Below are positions 62,815 to 64,000 of a DNA stretch of 64,000 nucleotides, in pieces. The stretch is from Tubiluchus corallicola. Lineage: Eukaryota; Animalia; Priapulida. A program made the position numbers and the translations under genes. Numbering within the stretch: the first letter of the stretch is position 1; the number at the start of each line of letters is the position of its first letter. The stretch lies in contig JAQGDQ010000072.1 of the NCBI GenBank assembly GCA_030141605.1, positions 1 through 64,000 of the forward strand, in the 5' to 3' direction. The notes beneath the pieces are model-generated. The model saw only the letters and a list, made by a program, of their open reading frames with translations. It was not told the DNA's origin and searched no databases.

Positions 62815-63050
62815 AAATTCACAAAAACCCGCACCACACTACACCACACAACCACCCAGACCACACTTTACCACATCAACCTCGCAAACCACACCATTCA
62901 CAGCACAACACCCACAACACACTCGCCACATCACACCCACCACTTCAATTCCACCACATCACACGGTGATCACGATATTGATGACGACGATAATGATGAC
63001 GACAACAATGACGACACCTACAGCACCAACACCAACAGCACAACAAAACC
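62815..63050. repeat. Low-complexity CA-rich and (GAC/GAT)n tract
   Basis: Directly visible. Confidence 0.7.
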
Positions 63051-63787
63051 ATTCAAAATTGTGTGCTATAACACTTTTAGGCGCATCTACCAATAATCAA
63101 TAATGTGCGGACATTATACACTAATTACGTTTGCTGCTTCTCAGATGATAATAGGCTAACAGAACCTACATGTAAAATCTATAACACTCAAGGACGACGG
63201 GTGAAGACAATGCATGGAACAGCCACGTGACTTCTCAAATTCTAAGACAATGGATGTTCCAAATAGCGTGCAGTACAGGGGGTAGAAAAAGAACTTCGAA
63301 ATACATTCCTCCCATTTCGTCCAGTATACATCTCTCCTAGTGAAGCCAACCACACCTTATAGACCGTTTCGTCTTCTTTCTGCTGGTGTGCTTATTTTTT
63401 TCCAAGCCTACCCAGACAGTTGCGCAAATTGAGTTTTTCTAGCGGCTGTTTGAGCAATTTTCCGCAAAATTTGCGTGGTTTGGTCCGGGGAAAACACCCG
63501 TAGCGCGCATTAGTGACCCCCCCCCCGCGAAATCTAAATATAACTATTACACCCACCGCTGAATGGGCTATTCAACTATTACAAGCACCACCCGCGGCCC
63601 ATTCCGGATCTGTAGAAATAAGAGGTATAAGTTTTGCAAAAAACGGGCAAAAATGGACCTAGTGGGCCCATTCGAAAAATAAACCCCCAGGTGCGAACCT
63701 AAGGGTGAAGACTTTTTATTTGACGTATAGATGTCAAAAATGGTGCCATCATCGGAGCTGTAGCCTCGATTGTCGCTTAACTGAGAC

Positions 63788-64000
63788 TGATGTTCGTACT
63801 TCGAATCGAAGATGACCATAGTGACAGGGATGAAGGGTCAGTTTGGGGGGGTTGTCATTCCTTTGATGGGCTCGAAGGTGACTGACTAGGCCAATTCTGG
63901 CTTGGAAACTTCTTTGGCATTTGGCACAGATGAGGCTGGGTGTTTTGACCTGTTGATGGGCAGTGTCACATGCCTTGCGTCTCCTGCGCTTCTCCACTGC
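63788..64000 (-). mobile_element. 3' end of a second RTE-clade LINE, continuing beyond the window
   Basis: C2H2 finger CAKCQRSFQARIGLVSHLRAH followed by a short 3' UTR. Confidence 0.8.

Noticed and set aside
62807-63103. Mucin-like Thr/Pro ORF
   Set aside because: Low-complexity tract with a non-ATG start and no gene structure.

Overview
AT-rich eukaryotic DNA, most likely an invertebrate animal (inferred from the element families), made almost entirely of repeats, with no convincing host gene. It opens with a ~4.7 kb complex satellite, followed by a dense nest of transposable elements. These include a decayed BEL/Pao LTR element (12444-20143, minus strand) and a young, ORF-intact Ty3/Gypsy element (25438-33659; near-identical LTRs, ATAT TSD). 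Several deleted relatives and solo LTRs of that Gypsy lineage are present, along with other solo LTRs, CR1/L2-type LINE relics (one with an SGNH-esterase ORF1), two RTE 3' ends, and hAT and Harbinger non-autonomous elements. The most interesting signal is in the Gypsy lineage. (i) Pol ends in a ~300-aa Ser/Pro-rich tail in which three diverged members conserve a PPxY late-domain-like motif (SFGxxPPPYSP) and PRTSTP. (ii) Gag begins inside the LTR and reads through a remodelled tRNA-Leu PBS. (iii) The predicted transcript 5' end is complementary to the PBS. All comparisons were made by eye; the functional interpretations are inference.
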